Virus record (IMG/VR): IMGVR_UViG_3300044806_000029
Location: 1 to 38,450 of that record
Origin: a virus
Taxonomy: Duplodnaviria > Caudoviricetes
Reading direction: 5' to 3' (one strand)
DNA: 38,450 nucleotides
The notes under the pieces were generated by a model. It was not told the origin of the DNA. It worked only from the letters and a program-made list of their open reading frames with translations, and ran no database searches. The translations under genes and the position numbers were made by a program. The stretch's first letter is position 1; every line of letters starts with the position of its first letter. This document shows positions 28,423 through 37,528 of this stretch, piece by piece.

Positions 28423-29500
28423 ACGCGTTTATTCTTTGCCCTATCCATTTCATTACAGGTACGGCCATAGAGTTACCTAAAGCTTTGTATCTACTGCCGT
28501 CAGGCGTCTTTTCTTTAATGTTAGTGTAGTCATCCGGAAAGCCTTGTAAGCGTTCGCACTCGATTGGCGTCAACCTACGCACCCGCATATCAGTAAACAG
28601 CGATTGATCCTGCGTCGTACTTAACGTGAACGCAGTGTCACTGTTACCTAGGTAGCCTTTGCCGCCGCCTTCACAACCGCAACGTACTTTAAAAGCTGTA
28701 GCTATAGGCACGTTGCCTCCGCCAGTACCCCATCTTGCTGATACAGTTTGGCATGTCTCGCCCATTTCTTTTACACGGCTGTCCATAGGATGCGTTTCGT
28801 ATACCGTAATTAAATCAGTAGCGTCTTTATAATCCCTAGCCTTCATTGTGCTGGCAGTTCCGTCTGTGCTGTACTCACCGAACGCAACAAGGCGGTTAGT
28901 AGTAGTTCCGGTAGTGGTTTCCCGCGCTTCTCTGCTCGGCGGATTATCCCGGCGCATGCAGTCGGACTCAAATAAAACTTCTGCGGCAGGTCGCCAGTCT
29001 CCAAGGTATCCGACAACAAACACACGTCTGCGTCTTTGGGCCACTCCGAAGTATTGAGCGTCAAACACTCGGTAGGCGAACCCATACCCGAGTTCAGCCA
29101 ACGCCCCGAGGAAGGAGCCAAAATCCCGTCCACCATTTGAACTGAGGACACCTGGTACGTTTTCCCACACAAACCATTTGGGTTTATAGTGGTCAAGTAG
29201 TCCGCAATAGACGAGGGCGAGGTTGCCTCTAGGGTCGTCAAGTCCTTTTCTGAGTCCTGCAACTGAAAAGGCTTGGCAGGGTGTTCCGCCAACGAGAAGG
29301 TCGATTGATTCATTTATATTCCATTCCTTATATTTAGTCATGTCACCAAAGTTAGTGACGTCAGGGTAATGATGCGCTAATACTTCGCTAGGGTATTTCT
29401 CTATCTCTGAAAATCCAACGGGCTTCCACCCCATGTCGTGCCATGCTACTGTTGCTGCTTCTATGCCACTACAAACGCTTAAATAATTTAGCCCAGTCAT
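28409..29500 (-). CDS. C5 cytosine DNA methyltransferase
   Basis: Motif I SVCSGIEA, IV GGTPCQAFS, VI WENVPG, VIII QRRRRVF, IX RRLTPIECERLQGFP, X LGNSMAVPV. Confidence 0.93.
   Translation of the reverse strand: MTGLNYLSVCSGIEAATVAWHDMGWKPVGFSEIEKYPSEVLAHHYPDVTNFGDMTKYKEWNINESIDLLVGGTPCQAFSVAGLRKGLDDPRGNLALVYCGLLDHYKPKWFVWENVPGVLSSNGGRDFGSFLGALAELGYGFAYRVFDAQYFGVAQRRRRVFVVGYLGDWRPAAEVLFESDCMRRDNPPSREARETTTGTTTNRLVAFGEYSTDGTASTMKARDYKDATDLITVYETHPMDSRVKEMGETCQTVSARWGTGGGNVPIATAFKVRCGCEGGGKGYLGNSDTAFTLSTTQDQSLFTDMRVRRLTPIECERLQGFPDDYTNIKEKTPDGSRYKALGNSMAVPVMKWIGQRINAYAKT
28843..29313 (-). CDS. Nested alternate-frame gene, M.EcoHK31I beta-polypeptide-like
   Basis: 156 open codons in the +1 frame inside the MTase; TAAGGA upstream of ATG; LSDTLETGDLPQKFYLSPTACAGIIRRAEKRGKPLP motif. 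Confidence 0.7.
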   Translation of the reverse strand: MNQSTFSLAEHPAKPFQLQDSEKDLTTLEATSPSSIADYLTTINPNGLCGKTYQVSSVQMVDGILAPSSGRWLNSGMGSPTECLTLNTSEWPKDADVCLLSDTLETGDLPQKFYLSPTACAGIIRRAEKRGKPLPELLLTALLRSVSTAQTELPAQ

Positions 29501-29750
29501 CAATATCTTCCTTATTCCATAAACATGCGTATTTTTGATTTAGTCGTGTCACCTCTATGGCAAACACCTTTTGTAACTCAGACAGCTTACCGCCGTCAGT
29601 CTTTATCTCTACAAACCACGTATCCCCGTTAGGCAAACACGCCACTCGATCCGCCACACCCCGATGTGCTGGGCTTGTGAACTTGTAACTCTTACCGCCT
29701 AACTGCTCTACTATCTTCTTAAAATATGCTTCAACTTGTTTTTCTAACAT
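29469..29750 (-). CDS. VRR-NUC domain nuclease
   Basis: MLEKQVE...GVADR...FVEIK..GGKLSELQ; GGAG RBS before ATG 29750. Confidence 0.88.
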   Translation of the reverse strand: MLEKQVEAYFKKIVEQLGGKSYKFTSPAHRGVADRVACLPNGDTWFVEIKTDGGKLSELQKVFAIEVTRLNQKYACLWNKEDIDDWAKLFKRL

Positions 29751-29774
29751 GCTTGTCTCCCGTTGATGAATTAA

Positions 29775-29804
29775 ATAATAACACAATAAAAAATATATTG
29801 ACAA
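29775..29804 (-). promoter_or_regulatory. Divergent sigma70 promoter for the VRR-NUC/MTase/helicase operon
   Basis: Minus strand TTGTCA, 18 bp, TATTAT with extended -10 TG. Confidence 0.65.
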
Positions 29805-29827
29805 CATTTATTTTTAATTGCTATACT
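29798..29827 (+). promoter_or_regulatory. Strong sigma70 promoter for the replication operon
   Basis: TTGACA, 18 bp, TATACT with extended -10 TG. Confidence 0.8.
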
Positions 29828-29866
29828 GCAATCTCAATAGGTAATCTAAATTAAAGGAGAATAATA

Positions 29867-30076
29867 ATGTTTCATTGGCTTGACTATAATTATCCAGGCA
29901 GTAATCAACAATTGGCGGCTAATCAAGTTGTAGAACTTGAAAAGGCTAAAAGCCAAAAGTATTTATACGTATATAAACATTCAAAAAATGGCATTACATT
30001 AGGGTTTGAACCGCACCCCGCAATGAACATGTTTGATACCGTAATTATCGGTAAGATTAAAATGGAGAAAGTATAA
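29867..30076 (+). CDS. Hypothetical protein
   Basis: AAGGAG RBS; first gene after the promoter. Confidence 0.65.
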   Translation: MFHWLDYNYPGSNQQLAANQVVELEKAKSQKYLYVYKHSKNGITLGFEPHPAMNMFDTVIIGKIKMEKV

Positions 30077-31200
30077 TGAAACATTCTTCAGTAGTTGGCG
30101 GCTCAACCGCTAAACGTGTTATTGCTTGCCCTGGCTCAGTTGCACTCTGCGACAAGATGCCTCCACGCCCTTCTAGTAAATACGCCGATGTAGGCACGTT
30201 GCTACATAATGTGATTGCAGACGTATTAGACAAAGGCTTTGCGCCTGAGCATTACCTTGGCACCACGTACGAAGACCAAGTGCTGACGCAAGAGCTAATA
30301 GACGACAAAATTAAACCTGCCTTGGCTGCGCTTGATGCCATTGACCCACTCAAAATAATGGAATATGCCGTAGAGACACGCGTAGGCTTTGGCGACTTCC
30401 TGCCTGACGTGTTCGGATCGACTGACTTTTTAGGTCGCATCGGTAACACTGCCTATGTATTAGACTGGAAGTTTGGCGACGGTGTAGCCGTTGAGGTAGA
30501 AGAAAACCCACAGTTGTTGTTCTATGCAGCGGCGGCCATGCGAACTAAAGACGTGGCGTGGGTGTTTGAGAACGTCGATACCATTGAAATGGTAATCGTG
30601 CAGCCACCTATGGTTAAACGCTGGCAAACGACGCCTGAGCGCGTCAAACAGTTTGAGAGTGAACTAGCCTTAGCTGTGCGCCTAGCGCAGTCAGAGGACG
30701 CTAAACTATCGGCTGGCGACCATTGCCGTTGGTGTGCGGCCAAGCCTATCTGCCCACAGATGACCGGCGCAGTTGACCGTGTGTTGCACTCCAAACTTGA
30801 TGCGTTGCCTGTGGCACAAATCGGTGTATACTTACAGAACGCTGACGTGCTAGAACAGTGGATAACTGATTTACGTGCGCTTGCGTTCCAATTATTAGAG
30901 ACTGGTAAACCAGTCCCAGGTTACAAGCTAGTTGCCAAACGTGCGACTAGACAATGGGTGAATGAGACGGATGCCAAGGCAGCCCTGCTCAAGAACCTAC
31001 CCGAAACTGAAGTGATGGAGTCCTCACTAATCTCTCCAGCTAAAGCCGAGAAGGTGCTTAAAAAGCACGGTCTTACTTTACCGGAAGGAACTGTCGTCGC
31101 CATCTCCTCAGGTAGTACGCTGGCAAACGAGGATGACCCTCGCCCAGCATTGTTGCAAATTGGCCAGCAACTTACCGCCGCGCTCAATAAAATAATCTAA
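30076..31200 (+). CDS. DUF2800 / Cas4-like PD-(D/E)XK exonuclease
   Basis: ACPGS, GTLLH, FGSTD, VLDWKFG, NPQL..YA, HCRWC.AKPICP, PGYKLV. Confidence 0.85.
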   Translation: MKHSSVVGGSTAKRVIACPGSVALCDKMPPRPSSKYADVGTLLHNVIADVLDKGFAPEHYLGTTYEDQVLTQELIDDKIKPALAALDAIDPLKIMEYAVETRVGFGDFLPDVFGSTDFLGRIGNTAYVLDWKFGDGVAVEVEENPQLLFYAAAAMRTKDVAWVFENVDTIEMVIVQPPMVKRWQTTPERVKQFESELALAVRLAQSEDAKLSAGDHCRWCAAKPICPQMTGAVDRVLHSKLDALPVAQIGVYLQNADVLEQWITDLRALAFQLLETGKPVPGYKLVAKRATRQWVNETDAKAALLKNLPETEVMESSLISPAKAEKVLKKHGLTLPEGTVVAISSGSTLANEDDPRPALLQIGQQLTAALNKII

Positions 31201-31211
31201 AGGAAATTAAT

Positions 31212-31859
31212 ATGTCAAACGTAACAACTTTTTCACAAGCAAACCTTCCAGCCGTAGCCTCACTAAGCACAGCCCTTCGTTCATTAGAGAATGACGTTAC
31301 GCCAGCAGGCGTAGCTATTCTTAAAATGGACAAGACTGGCCACTGGGTATACGGTGCTGACCAAACTGAAATCGAAGACGACTCAACTTGGGCAGTTAAC
31401 CCTTTCTCATTCGTTCACGGCTTTATTGCCTGGGGCGACGGTGAAGTGTTAGGCGAGAAAATGGTATCGGTATCACAACCGTTACCTGAACTAGAAGGTG
31501 CGCCCTCTGCTGCTAAACGCGGTTGGGAAACACAAGTAGGTCTATCCTTGAAATGCTTAACCGGTGAAGACAAGGGCTTAGAAGTGCGCTTCTCTACAAC
31601 GTCTGTTGGTGGTAAACGCTCAGTGCAAGCACTAGCCGTAGCCATTGCAAATCAAGTAGAGGCTGATCAAAACAAACCAGTCCCAGTTATCTATCTTAAA
31701 AAAGAACACTATCAACACAAGTCGTACGGCAAAATCTATACGCCAGTGTTTGACATTGTTGAATGGGTAGGCATGGCTGCTGATGCTGAAACGGCTACGA
31801 ATGAAGCCGATGAAGCTACGCCTGCTGAAACTGGTCGTCGTCGCCGTGCAGGAGCATAA
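31212..31859 (+). CDS. Putative ssDNA-binding protein
   Basis: Between nuclease and polymerase; YQHKSYGKIYTPVFDIVEW; acidic tail. Confidence 0.55.
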   Translation: MSNVTTFSQANLPAVASLSTALRSLENDVTPAGVAILKMDKTGHWVYGADQTEIEDDSTWAVNPFSFVHGFIAWGDGEVLGEKMVSVSQPLPELEGAPSAAKRGWETQVGLSLKCLTGEDKGLEVRFSTTSVGGKRSVQALAVAIANQVEADQNKPVPVIYLKKEHYQHKSYGKIYTPVFDIVEWVGMAADAETATNEADEATPAETGRRRRAGA

Positions 31860-31860
31860 T

Positions 31861-32019
31861 ATGAACTTTAACTTTACAGTAGAAGAAATGAACGGCATCT
31901 TGGCTATCTTAGCTAAACAACCGTTCGAGCAAGTAACCGCCATCATTGAGAAGATACGCCAACAAGCTGTCGCTCAAATGCAACCGGCACCGCAAGAAGC
32001 CGACAAGGACGCTGAATAG
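31861..32019 (+). CDS. Small hypothetical protein (MNFNFTVEEMNGILAILAKQPFEQV...)
   Basis: AGGAG RBS before ATG 31861. Confidence 0.65.
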   Translation: MNFNFTVEEMNGILAILAKQPFEQVTAIIEKIRQQAVAQMQPAPQEADKDAE

Positions 32020-33962
32020 TGATCTTGTGGGTTGATTTTGAAACCCGTAGCCGCTGTGACTTACTTAGTCATGGCGGCTATAACTACGCTCAAGATGCCA
32101 GCACCGATGTGTTGTGCATGTCCTACGCGTTTGACGATGGTGACGTCACTACATGGATACCAGGCCAACCTTTCCCCGATGAAGTGCGACACTTCAAGGG
32201 TCAGATACGCGCACATAACGCTGCGTTTGAGAGGCTAATCTTTTGGTATGTCCTACAAATTAACTTTGATATTACCCAATTCTATTGCACGGCATCGCAA
32301 GCCCGTGCTAACTGTGCGCCTGGCTCACTAGAAGACGTAGGCCGTTTCTCCGGTGCTACCATGCGTAAAGACCACCGAGGTAAGCAGTTGATCCGTCTGC
32401 TGTCTATCCCTCGCGCTGATGGCACCTTTAATAACGACCCGACCTTGATGGCCGAGATGATTGCTTATTGTGAGCAGGACGTTAAAGTCATGCGTACTAT
32501 CTCTAAGGCCATGCGTAATCTGTCCGATGACGAGCTGCGTGACTACCACATCAACGAGACAATCAATGACCGTGGTGTGTTGCTAGATAGGCCATTGGCC
32601 GACTCTGCTATACGCTACGCGAGTATAGAGCTAGAGGAAATCGAGCGCATCGTGACTGAAGTGACTAAGGGTGCGATTACATCTGTACGCTCCCCGCGTA
32701 TGCGTGAGTGGGTGCAAGAGCGTGTTGGCCCTGAAGCCCTGAAACTAATGACAACGTATAAAGAGGGCGAGAAAAAGATGTCGATTGACAAGTCTGTTCG
32801 CGCTAATCTTTTACTACTTGCAGAGGAGAACCCCGATGAAGTACCGAGCGACGTTGCGGACGTCATACAATGCGCGGACGACTTATGGGCGTCCTCGGTT
32901 GCGAAGTTCAACCGATTATCTCAGCTTGCTGACGTCGAGGATGACCGCGTACGAGGCGCCTTTGTCTTTGCCGGCGGTAGCGCGACTGGCCGTGCATCTA
33001 GCTATGGGGCGCAAGTTCATAACTTTACGCGCCGCTGTGCTAAAGAGCCTGACGAAGTAAGGCAGGCTATGGTGCGTGGCCACGCTATCGTGCCTAAGTT
33101 TGGCCGACGTGTGACTGACGTGCTAAAAGGTATGTTGCGTCCTGCGCTAATCCCTGCTAAAGGCAAGTCGTTAGTCGTAGCGGACTGGAACGCAGTAGAG
33201 GCCAGGCTAACCCCTTGGCTATCTAATGACCCACGCGCTGACGAGGTGCTGGACGTGTTCAGATCAGGCCGTGACATCTACGTGAGAGAAGCGGCTGGTA
33301 TATTCCACCTGCCTGAAGACGAGATTACATCTGATAAACGTCAGATTGGTAAGGTCGCTATTCTTAGCTGTGGCTTTGGCGGTGGCGTGGGTGCGTTCGG
33401 TGCGATGGGTCGTAACTACGGCATTATCCTAACCGAGTCTGATGCCAAGCGCACCGTTGATGCGTGGCGCCGTGCTAATCAGTGGGCGGTGAACTATTGG
33501 CAGAAGCTAGAGGAAGCGTATACCCGTGCGCTGCGTAATACTGGCAGAGAATTTAGTGCAGGCCGCGTGACATACTTATACGACGGTGTGCATTTATGGT
33601 ATGCTTTACCCTCAGGTCGAGTGCTTTGTTATCCATTTGCAAAACTTGAGCCTGACGGTGTGACCTATGCTAAAGCAGCATGGAAACCTGCCGCTGATGC
33701 CACCGAGTGGCCTAGAGCTAGATTATGGAAAGGTTTAGCGTGTGAGAACATCACGCAAGCCGTTGCTAACGACCTACTCCGACACTCACTGAGATTGATT
33801 GACGATGTAATTCTGCACGTACACGATGAGATTGTCGTAGAGACGGATAAACCGGATGAAGTTTTGCAACAAATGAGCGATGTGATGTGTACGCCACCTG
33901 ATTGGGCTAAGGGTTTACCCTTGTCCATTGAGAGTAGCGTTATGTTGCGTTATGGTAAGTAA
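32019..33962 (+). CDS. polA: DNA polymerase family A with 3'-5' exonuclease
   Basis: ExoI VDFETRS, ExoII AHNAAFER, ExoIII YCEQDV, TGRASS, motif A ADWNAVEAR, motif B RQIGKVAILSCGFG, motif C LHVHDEIV. Confidence 0.93.
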   Translation: MILWVDFETRSRCDLLSHGGYNYAQDASTDVLCMSYAFDDGDVTTWIPGQPFPDEVRHFKGQIRAHNAAFERLIFWYVLQINFDITQFYCTASQARANCAPGSLEDVGRFSGATMRKDHRGKQLIRLLSIPRADGTFNNDPTLMAEMIAYCEQDVKVMRTISKAMRNLSDDELRDYHINETINDRGVLLDRPLADSAIRYASIELEEIERIVTEVTKGAITSVRSPRMREWVQERVGPEALKLMTTYKEGEKKMSIDKSVRANLLLLAEENPDEVPSDVADVIQCADDLWASSVAKFNRLSQLADVEDDRVRGAFVFAGGSATGRASSYGAQVHNFTRRCAKEPDEVRQAMVRGHAIVPKFGRRVTDVLKGMLRPALIPAKGKSLVVADWNAVEARLTPWLSNDPRADEVLDVFRSGRDIYVREAAGIFHLPEDEITSDKRQIGKVAILSCGFGGGVGAFGAMGRNYGIILTESDAKRTVDAWRRANQWAVNYWQKLEEAYTRALRNTGREFSAGRVTYLYDGVHLWYALPSGRVLCYPFAKLEPDGVTYAKAAWKPAADATEWPRARLWKGLACENITQAVANDLLRHSLRLIDDVILHVHDEIVVETDKPDEVLQQMSDVMCTPPDWAKGLPLSIESSVMLRYGK

Positions 33963-33963
33963 A

Positions 33964-33993
33964 TAAAAAAAGACCGCCTTGCCGGGCGGTCTT
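33964..33993 (-). terminator. Hairpin whose U-tract is on the minus strand
   Basis: A-run then AGACCGCCT-TGCC-GGGCGGTCT. Confidence 0.6.
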
Positions 33994-34008
33994 CACTGGA
34001 GTATTGCT

Positions 34009-36309
34009 ATGGAGTTCTTAGACTATATCACAAAAATTGCCCCTGAGGGCGAAACTGTGTTATTTGTGCGACAAAAACCGCTATTAGACGGCGGTGTGTT
34101 GCAATTTCACAACGATGGCGCAATCAAATGCACTTGGCCAGCGTATCTGCCTGAACAGGCCAAGATCAAAAAGGGTGACGCTTGGTATGCTAACACGGCC
34201 TGCTTTATTCTAGACCGTTTCAAGGACGGTAAAGTTTCCGCGTCAAGTGCAAATTGTGAGCGCGTTGCGTTCATGGTGCTAGACGACATCGGTACGAAAT
34301 CTAAAGTGCCACCTATTGAACCTACGTGGATTATCGAAACGTCACCGGATAATTACCAGTGGGGCTATACCTTTGCCCTAGATGACCAACCTTTAAAGGG
34401 AGATTTTAGTGCGGCTATTAAAGCAATCGCTGAGGCAGGTTATACAGATGGCGGTGCAATTAACCCTGTTCGTAACTTTCGTATGCCTGGCAGCGTCAAT
34501 CTTAAGCCTAATCGTGATAACTTTGCATCGCGCCTTGTAGAGCTACACCCTAACCGTGAGTTTAGCTTACCCCAAATATGTGTAGCGTTAGGCGTTACAC
34601 CTGAGCCTGCCGACACAGCCACCCTTGCTACCATTCGCCTTAAAGACGATGGCGGCGATGATGTATTGAGCTGGATGAATAGCAACGGCATGATTATATC
34701 GCCTAAGAACGGCGAGGGCTGGGTAGGTGTCGTGTGTCCTAATCACGCGTCCCACAGCGATGGCAATCCTGAAGCTAGGTATAAGCCCCTAGACCGTTCT
34801 TACTGCTGTTACCATGAACATTGTCAAGAGCTAGACAGCAAGACCTTCTTAAATTGGGTTGCCGAGAACGGCGGCCCTAAGCATACTCACGGCTTGCGTG
34901 AGGAATTACTGGCGGACGTTATGCACACAGCCCTATCTAAACTTGAGCCTTCCGATATATTCTCACACGATGCCGACGACATCATCGCCGACGTAGAGCG
35001 TAAAGAGCTAGGCCGTATTGAAAAGGCAGACTGGTATAAACGCTTTGCCTATATACAAGAGGACGACGCTTATTTTGACCTGCAAGACCGTAGAGAGGTG
35101 AGCCGTTCTACCTTTAATGCCTTGTTCCGCCACATTGACTGCCGTTCTATCCATACCGCCGCGCGAGTGTTGCCGGCTGTGTCCTATGATGAGAACCGTC
35201 AGACTATGGGTGCTAAAGCCCTAGTTGGTATTACCTATGCTGCCGGCGAAACCGTGCTTGTGTCCCGTGATGGTGATATATACGGCAACCGCTGGCGCGA
35301 TGCACGGCCTGAGGGTTTAACGGCTGGCGATATAACACCTTGGCTAGACCATGCTCGGACACTTATACCTAATGAGGAAGAACTAGAGCATATTTTTAAT
35401 GTTATGGCCTATAAAGTGCAACACCCTGAGATTAAGATTAACCATGCTGTCTTACATGGCGGCGATGAGGGTAGCGGTAAAGATACCTTTTGGGCCCCGT
35501 TCCTATGGGCTGTCTGTGGCAATAACTTGCGTAATCGTGGCATTATGGATAACAACAGCGTGAACTCACAATGGGGTTATCAGCTAGAGAGTGAGATTTT
35601 AATTATCAATGAGCTGAAAGAGCCTGATGCTAGTGCGCGTAGGCAGTTGGCTAACCAGTTGAAACCTATCATAGCCGCACCGCCTGAGATGCTACCTATC
35701 AACCGCAAGGGCTTGCACCCTTACATGATGCTTAATCGTGTTTTCGTTCTAGCGTTCTCGAATGACCCTGTGCCTATCAGCCTCGCTTCACAAGACCGTC
35801 GCTGGTTTTGCGTGTGGAGTCAAGCCCCTCGTATGCAACCGGATGAGGCCGCTAAGCTATGGCGCTGGTATAAGGCTGGCGGCTTTAGTGCTATTGCCTC
35901 GTGGCTTGTGTCTCGTGATGTAAGTAAATTTAACCCTAGTGCCGCCCCTATGTGGACAGAGTTCAAGGCCAATCTAGTTGAGCATGGTATGAGCATGGCG
36001 GAAAGTTTCCTAGTAGAGCAAATGCGCAACCGTGTGGGCGAATTTACGCGCGGTGTTATCGGTAGCCCGTTCCACTCTATCTGTGATAGGTTAGCGGGTG
36101 CCGCACCGAGTGGCGTTAAGGTGCCTCAGGCCGCGTTATTGCATGCGTTAAAAGAGGCGGGTTGGGTTGATTGCGGGCGCTTAAAATCGCGCGAGTATGA
36201 CAGCAAAAAACATATATATTGCGCCCCCGATTTAGCAGACATGCCCAAGTCTGAATTAAGGCGGGCTGTCGAAGTAAACGAGCCGCCAAAGATGGTTGTT
36301 GTAAAATAG
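34009..36309 (+). CDS. Primase-helicase (RepB-type primase + Zn finger + DUF5906/SF3 helicase)
   Basis: VLDDIG, IETSPDNYQWGY, RNFRMPGS.N.K; CPNHASH...CYHEHC; Walker A GDEGSGKDT, IINE, FSN, DRRW; GGAG RBS before ATG 34009. Confidence 0.88.
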   Translation: MEFLDYITKIAPEGETVLFVRQKPLLDGGVLQFHNDGAIKCTWPAYLPEQAKIKKGDAWYANTACFILDRFKDGKVSASSANCERVAFMVLDDIGTKSKVPPIEPTWIIETSPDNYQWGYTFALDDQPLKGDFSAAIKAIAEAGYTDGGAINPVRNFRMPGSVNLKPNRDNFASRLVELHPNREFSLPQICVALGVTPEPADTATLATIRLKDDGGDDVLSWMNSNGMIISPKNGEGWVGVVCPNHASHSDGNPEARYKPLDRSYCCYHEHCQELDSKTFLNWVAENGGPKHTHGLREELLADVMHTALSKLEPSDIFSHDADDIIADVERKELGRIEKADWYKRFAYIQEDDAYFDLQDRREVSRSTFNALFRHIDCRSIHTAARVLPAVSYDENRQTMGAKALVGITYAAGETVLVSRDGDIYGNRWRDARPEGLTAGDITPWLDHARTLIPNEEELEHIFNVMAYKVQHPEIKINHAVLHGGDEGSGKDTFWAPFLWAVCGNNLRNRGIMDNNSVNSQWGYQLESEILIINELKEPDASARRQLANQLKPIIAAPPEMLPINRKGLHPYMMLNRVFVLAFSNDPVPISLASQDRRWFCVWSQAPRMQPDEAAKLWRWYKAGGFSAIASWLVSRDVSKFNPSAAPMWTEFKANLVEHGMSMAESFLVEQMRNRVGEFTRGVIGSPFHSICDRLAGAAPSGVKVPQAALLHALKEAGWVDCGRLKSREYDSKKHIYCAPDLADMPKSELRRAVEVNEPPKMVVVK

Positions 36310-36368
36310 ATAAGGGGTTAGCCTAGGGCGGTTTGTTTAAATCGTTCCTAGCGCGTTATATGAAATAG

Positions 36369-36394
36369 AAAAACGGCCTTATAGGCCGTTTTTT
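36369..36394. terminator. Bidirectional intrinsic terminator between convergent operons
   Basis: AAAAA-CGGCCT-TAT-AGGCCG-TTTTTT. Confidence 0.85.
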
Positions 36395-36395
36395 G

Positions 36396-36455
36396 TTAGA
36401 TGTCGAGGATTATTGCAATTAAGGCTGCAATTAAAGCCGCAAGGGCTAGCAGCAT
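36396..36455 (-). CDS. 19-aa hydrophobic micropeptide MLLALAALIAALIAIILDI
   Basis: ATG 2 bp after the previous stop; ends just before the terminator. Confidence 0.45.
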   Translation of the reverse strand: MLLALAALIAALIAIILDI

Positions 36456-36457
36456 AG

Positions 36458-36868
36458 TTAAGCCCTTAGTTTGTTATCAGATAGCCACGCACTAACATAA
36501 CTTGCCGTAGTGGTTGAGGTTGTATACGGCCTAAAGTGTTTAGTTCTGTCTTTTACCATAGCGGCAACCTTAAACACTTTGCGCGGGGTTAGCCCTTTGT
36601 GCAGCATGGCCTCATTAAAATCCGCCTCAAAATGCGTGTTGGTTGCTTTATCAAGTAACTTATAGCGCCCGTTGCCCTGCCAGTTAGCGGGTAACGTATC
36701 CGCCTTAGGCTTGGGCGCTGGTTTATGCGTTAAATCATCCAAGGCTTGTAACGCTATGGCGTAAATATGGTTTTTAACGTTTTCTTCGTTTTCTACGCAC
36801 TCCGCATAATGGTGCGCCTCGTTTTCAATTACATACTCAAGCACTTTTAAAATGTTTGTTGTTTTCAT
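36458..36868 (-). CDS. Hypothetical early protein
   Basis: 136 aa, ATGA-coupled. Confidence 0.7.
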   Translation of the reverse strand: MKTTNILKVLEYVIENEAHHYAECVENEENVKNHIYAIALQALDDLTHKPAPKPKADTLPANWQGNGRYKLLDKATNTHFEADFNEAMLHKGLTPRKVFKVAAMVKDRTKHFRPYTTSTTTASYVSAWLSDNKLRA

Positions 36869-37044
36869 TGTTGCGCCCCTTTTGAATGTAATACATGGGT
36901 TACAGTCCAGCCGTCAATATCTACTTGCTGCCAGTCGCCGCCGTCAATCTCATTCGCTAATTTTACGGCTTCGTCCACGCTGTCGGCTTCTATGTCAATT
37001 CGTAAAACGGTCGTATATTCTGCATAGGCTTCAAATGTTGCCAT
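36865..37044 (-). CDS. Hypothetical early protein, 59 aa (MATFEAYAEYTTVLRIDIEADSVDEAVKLA...)
   Basis: Translated by hand; TAAGGAG RBS; ATGA overlap with the next gene. Confidence 0.7.
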   Translation of the reverse strand: MATFEAYAEYTTVLRIDIEADSVDEAVKLANEIDGGDWQQVDIDGWTVTHVLHSKGAQQ

Positions 37045-37045
37045 G

Positions 37046-37192
37046 TTACATACTCCTTAAATAATTGATAAATTCCGCCTTAGCCGCGCGGGTGCTGTAA
37101 AAGTAGAATTGCCTTGTTACTAAGTAGCCGTTATGCACAGCGCTTAATACTAACGCCCCGTTGTGTTTGTTTTTGTTGATTGTTATATCCAT
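37046..37192 (-). CDS. Hypothetical early protein, 48 aa (MDITINKNKHNGALVLSAVHNGYLVTRQFYFYST...)
   Basis: Translated by hand; GAGG RBS; tightly packed. Confidence 0.65.
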   Translation of the reverse strand: MDITINKNKHNGALVLSAVHNGYLVTRQFYFYSTRAAKAEFINYLRSM

Positions 37193-37194
37193 GA

Positions 37195-37524
37195 TTAAGC
37201 CGCCTCGCTTTCTTCGTAGTTGCGTTCATTAGTTGCGCACCATTGCTCAAGTTCGTATAGGCTTTGGCCGTTTACGTCGATAAATTCTTCGCCACCGCTT
37301 TCATACTCAGTCCAACACGCTTGCACTTTATCGCTGCCCAAGTCTATAAACAGGCTAAACGGGTAATCTTCTAGCCAAAGGTAAACGTTGCCATTCGACA
37401 TATTTACATCTATTTGGCCATAGCCGCTTACATCCATACCCAAGCGGCTAGCCTCGGTAATTAGTAACGCGGCTTTTCTTAGTTCGTTATTGCTTAATAC
37501 GTTTGAGATTTCCATGTTAATCAC
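37195..37524 (-). CDS. Acidic hypothetical early protein
   Basis: 109 aa; AAGGGAG upstream (start may be ATG 37515). Confidence 0.7.
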   Translation of the reverse strand: MINMEISNVLSNNELRKAALLITEASRLGMDVSGYGQIDVNMSNGNVYLWLEDYPFSLFIDLGSDKVQACWTEYESGGEEFIDVNGQSLYELEQWCATNERNYEESEAA

Positions 37525-37528
37525 TCCC

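Noticed and set aside
33979-34008. N-terminal extension of the primase from TTG 33979
   Set aside because: Lies in a hairpin; ATG 34009 has a GGAG RBS.
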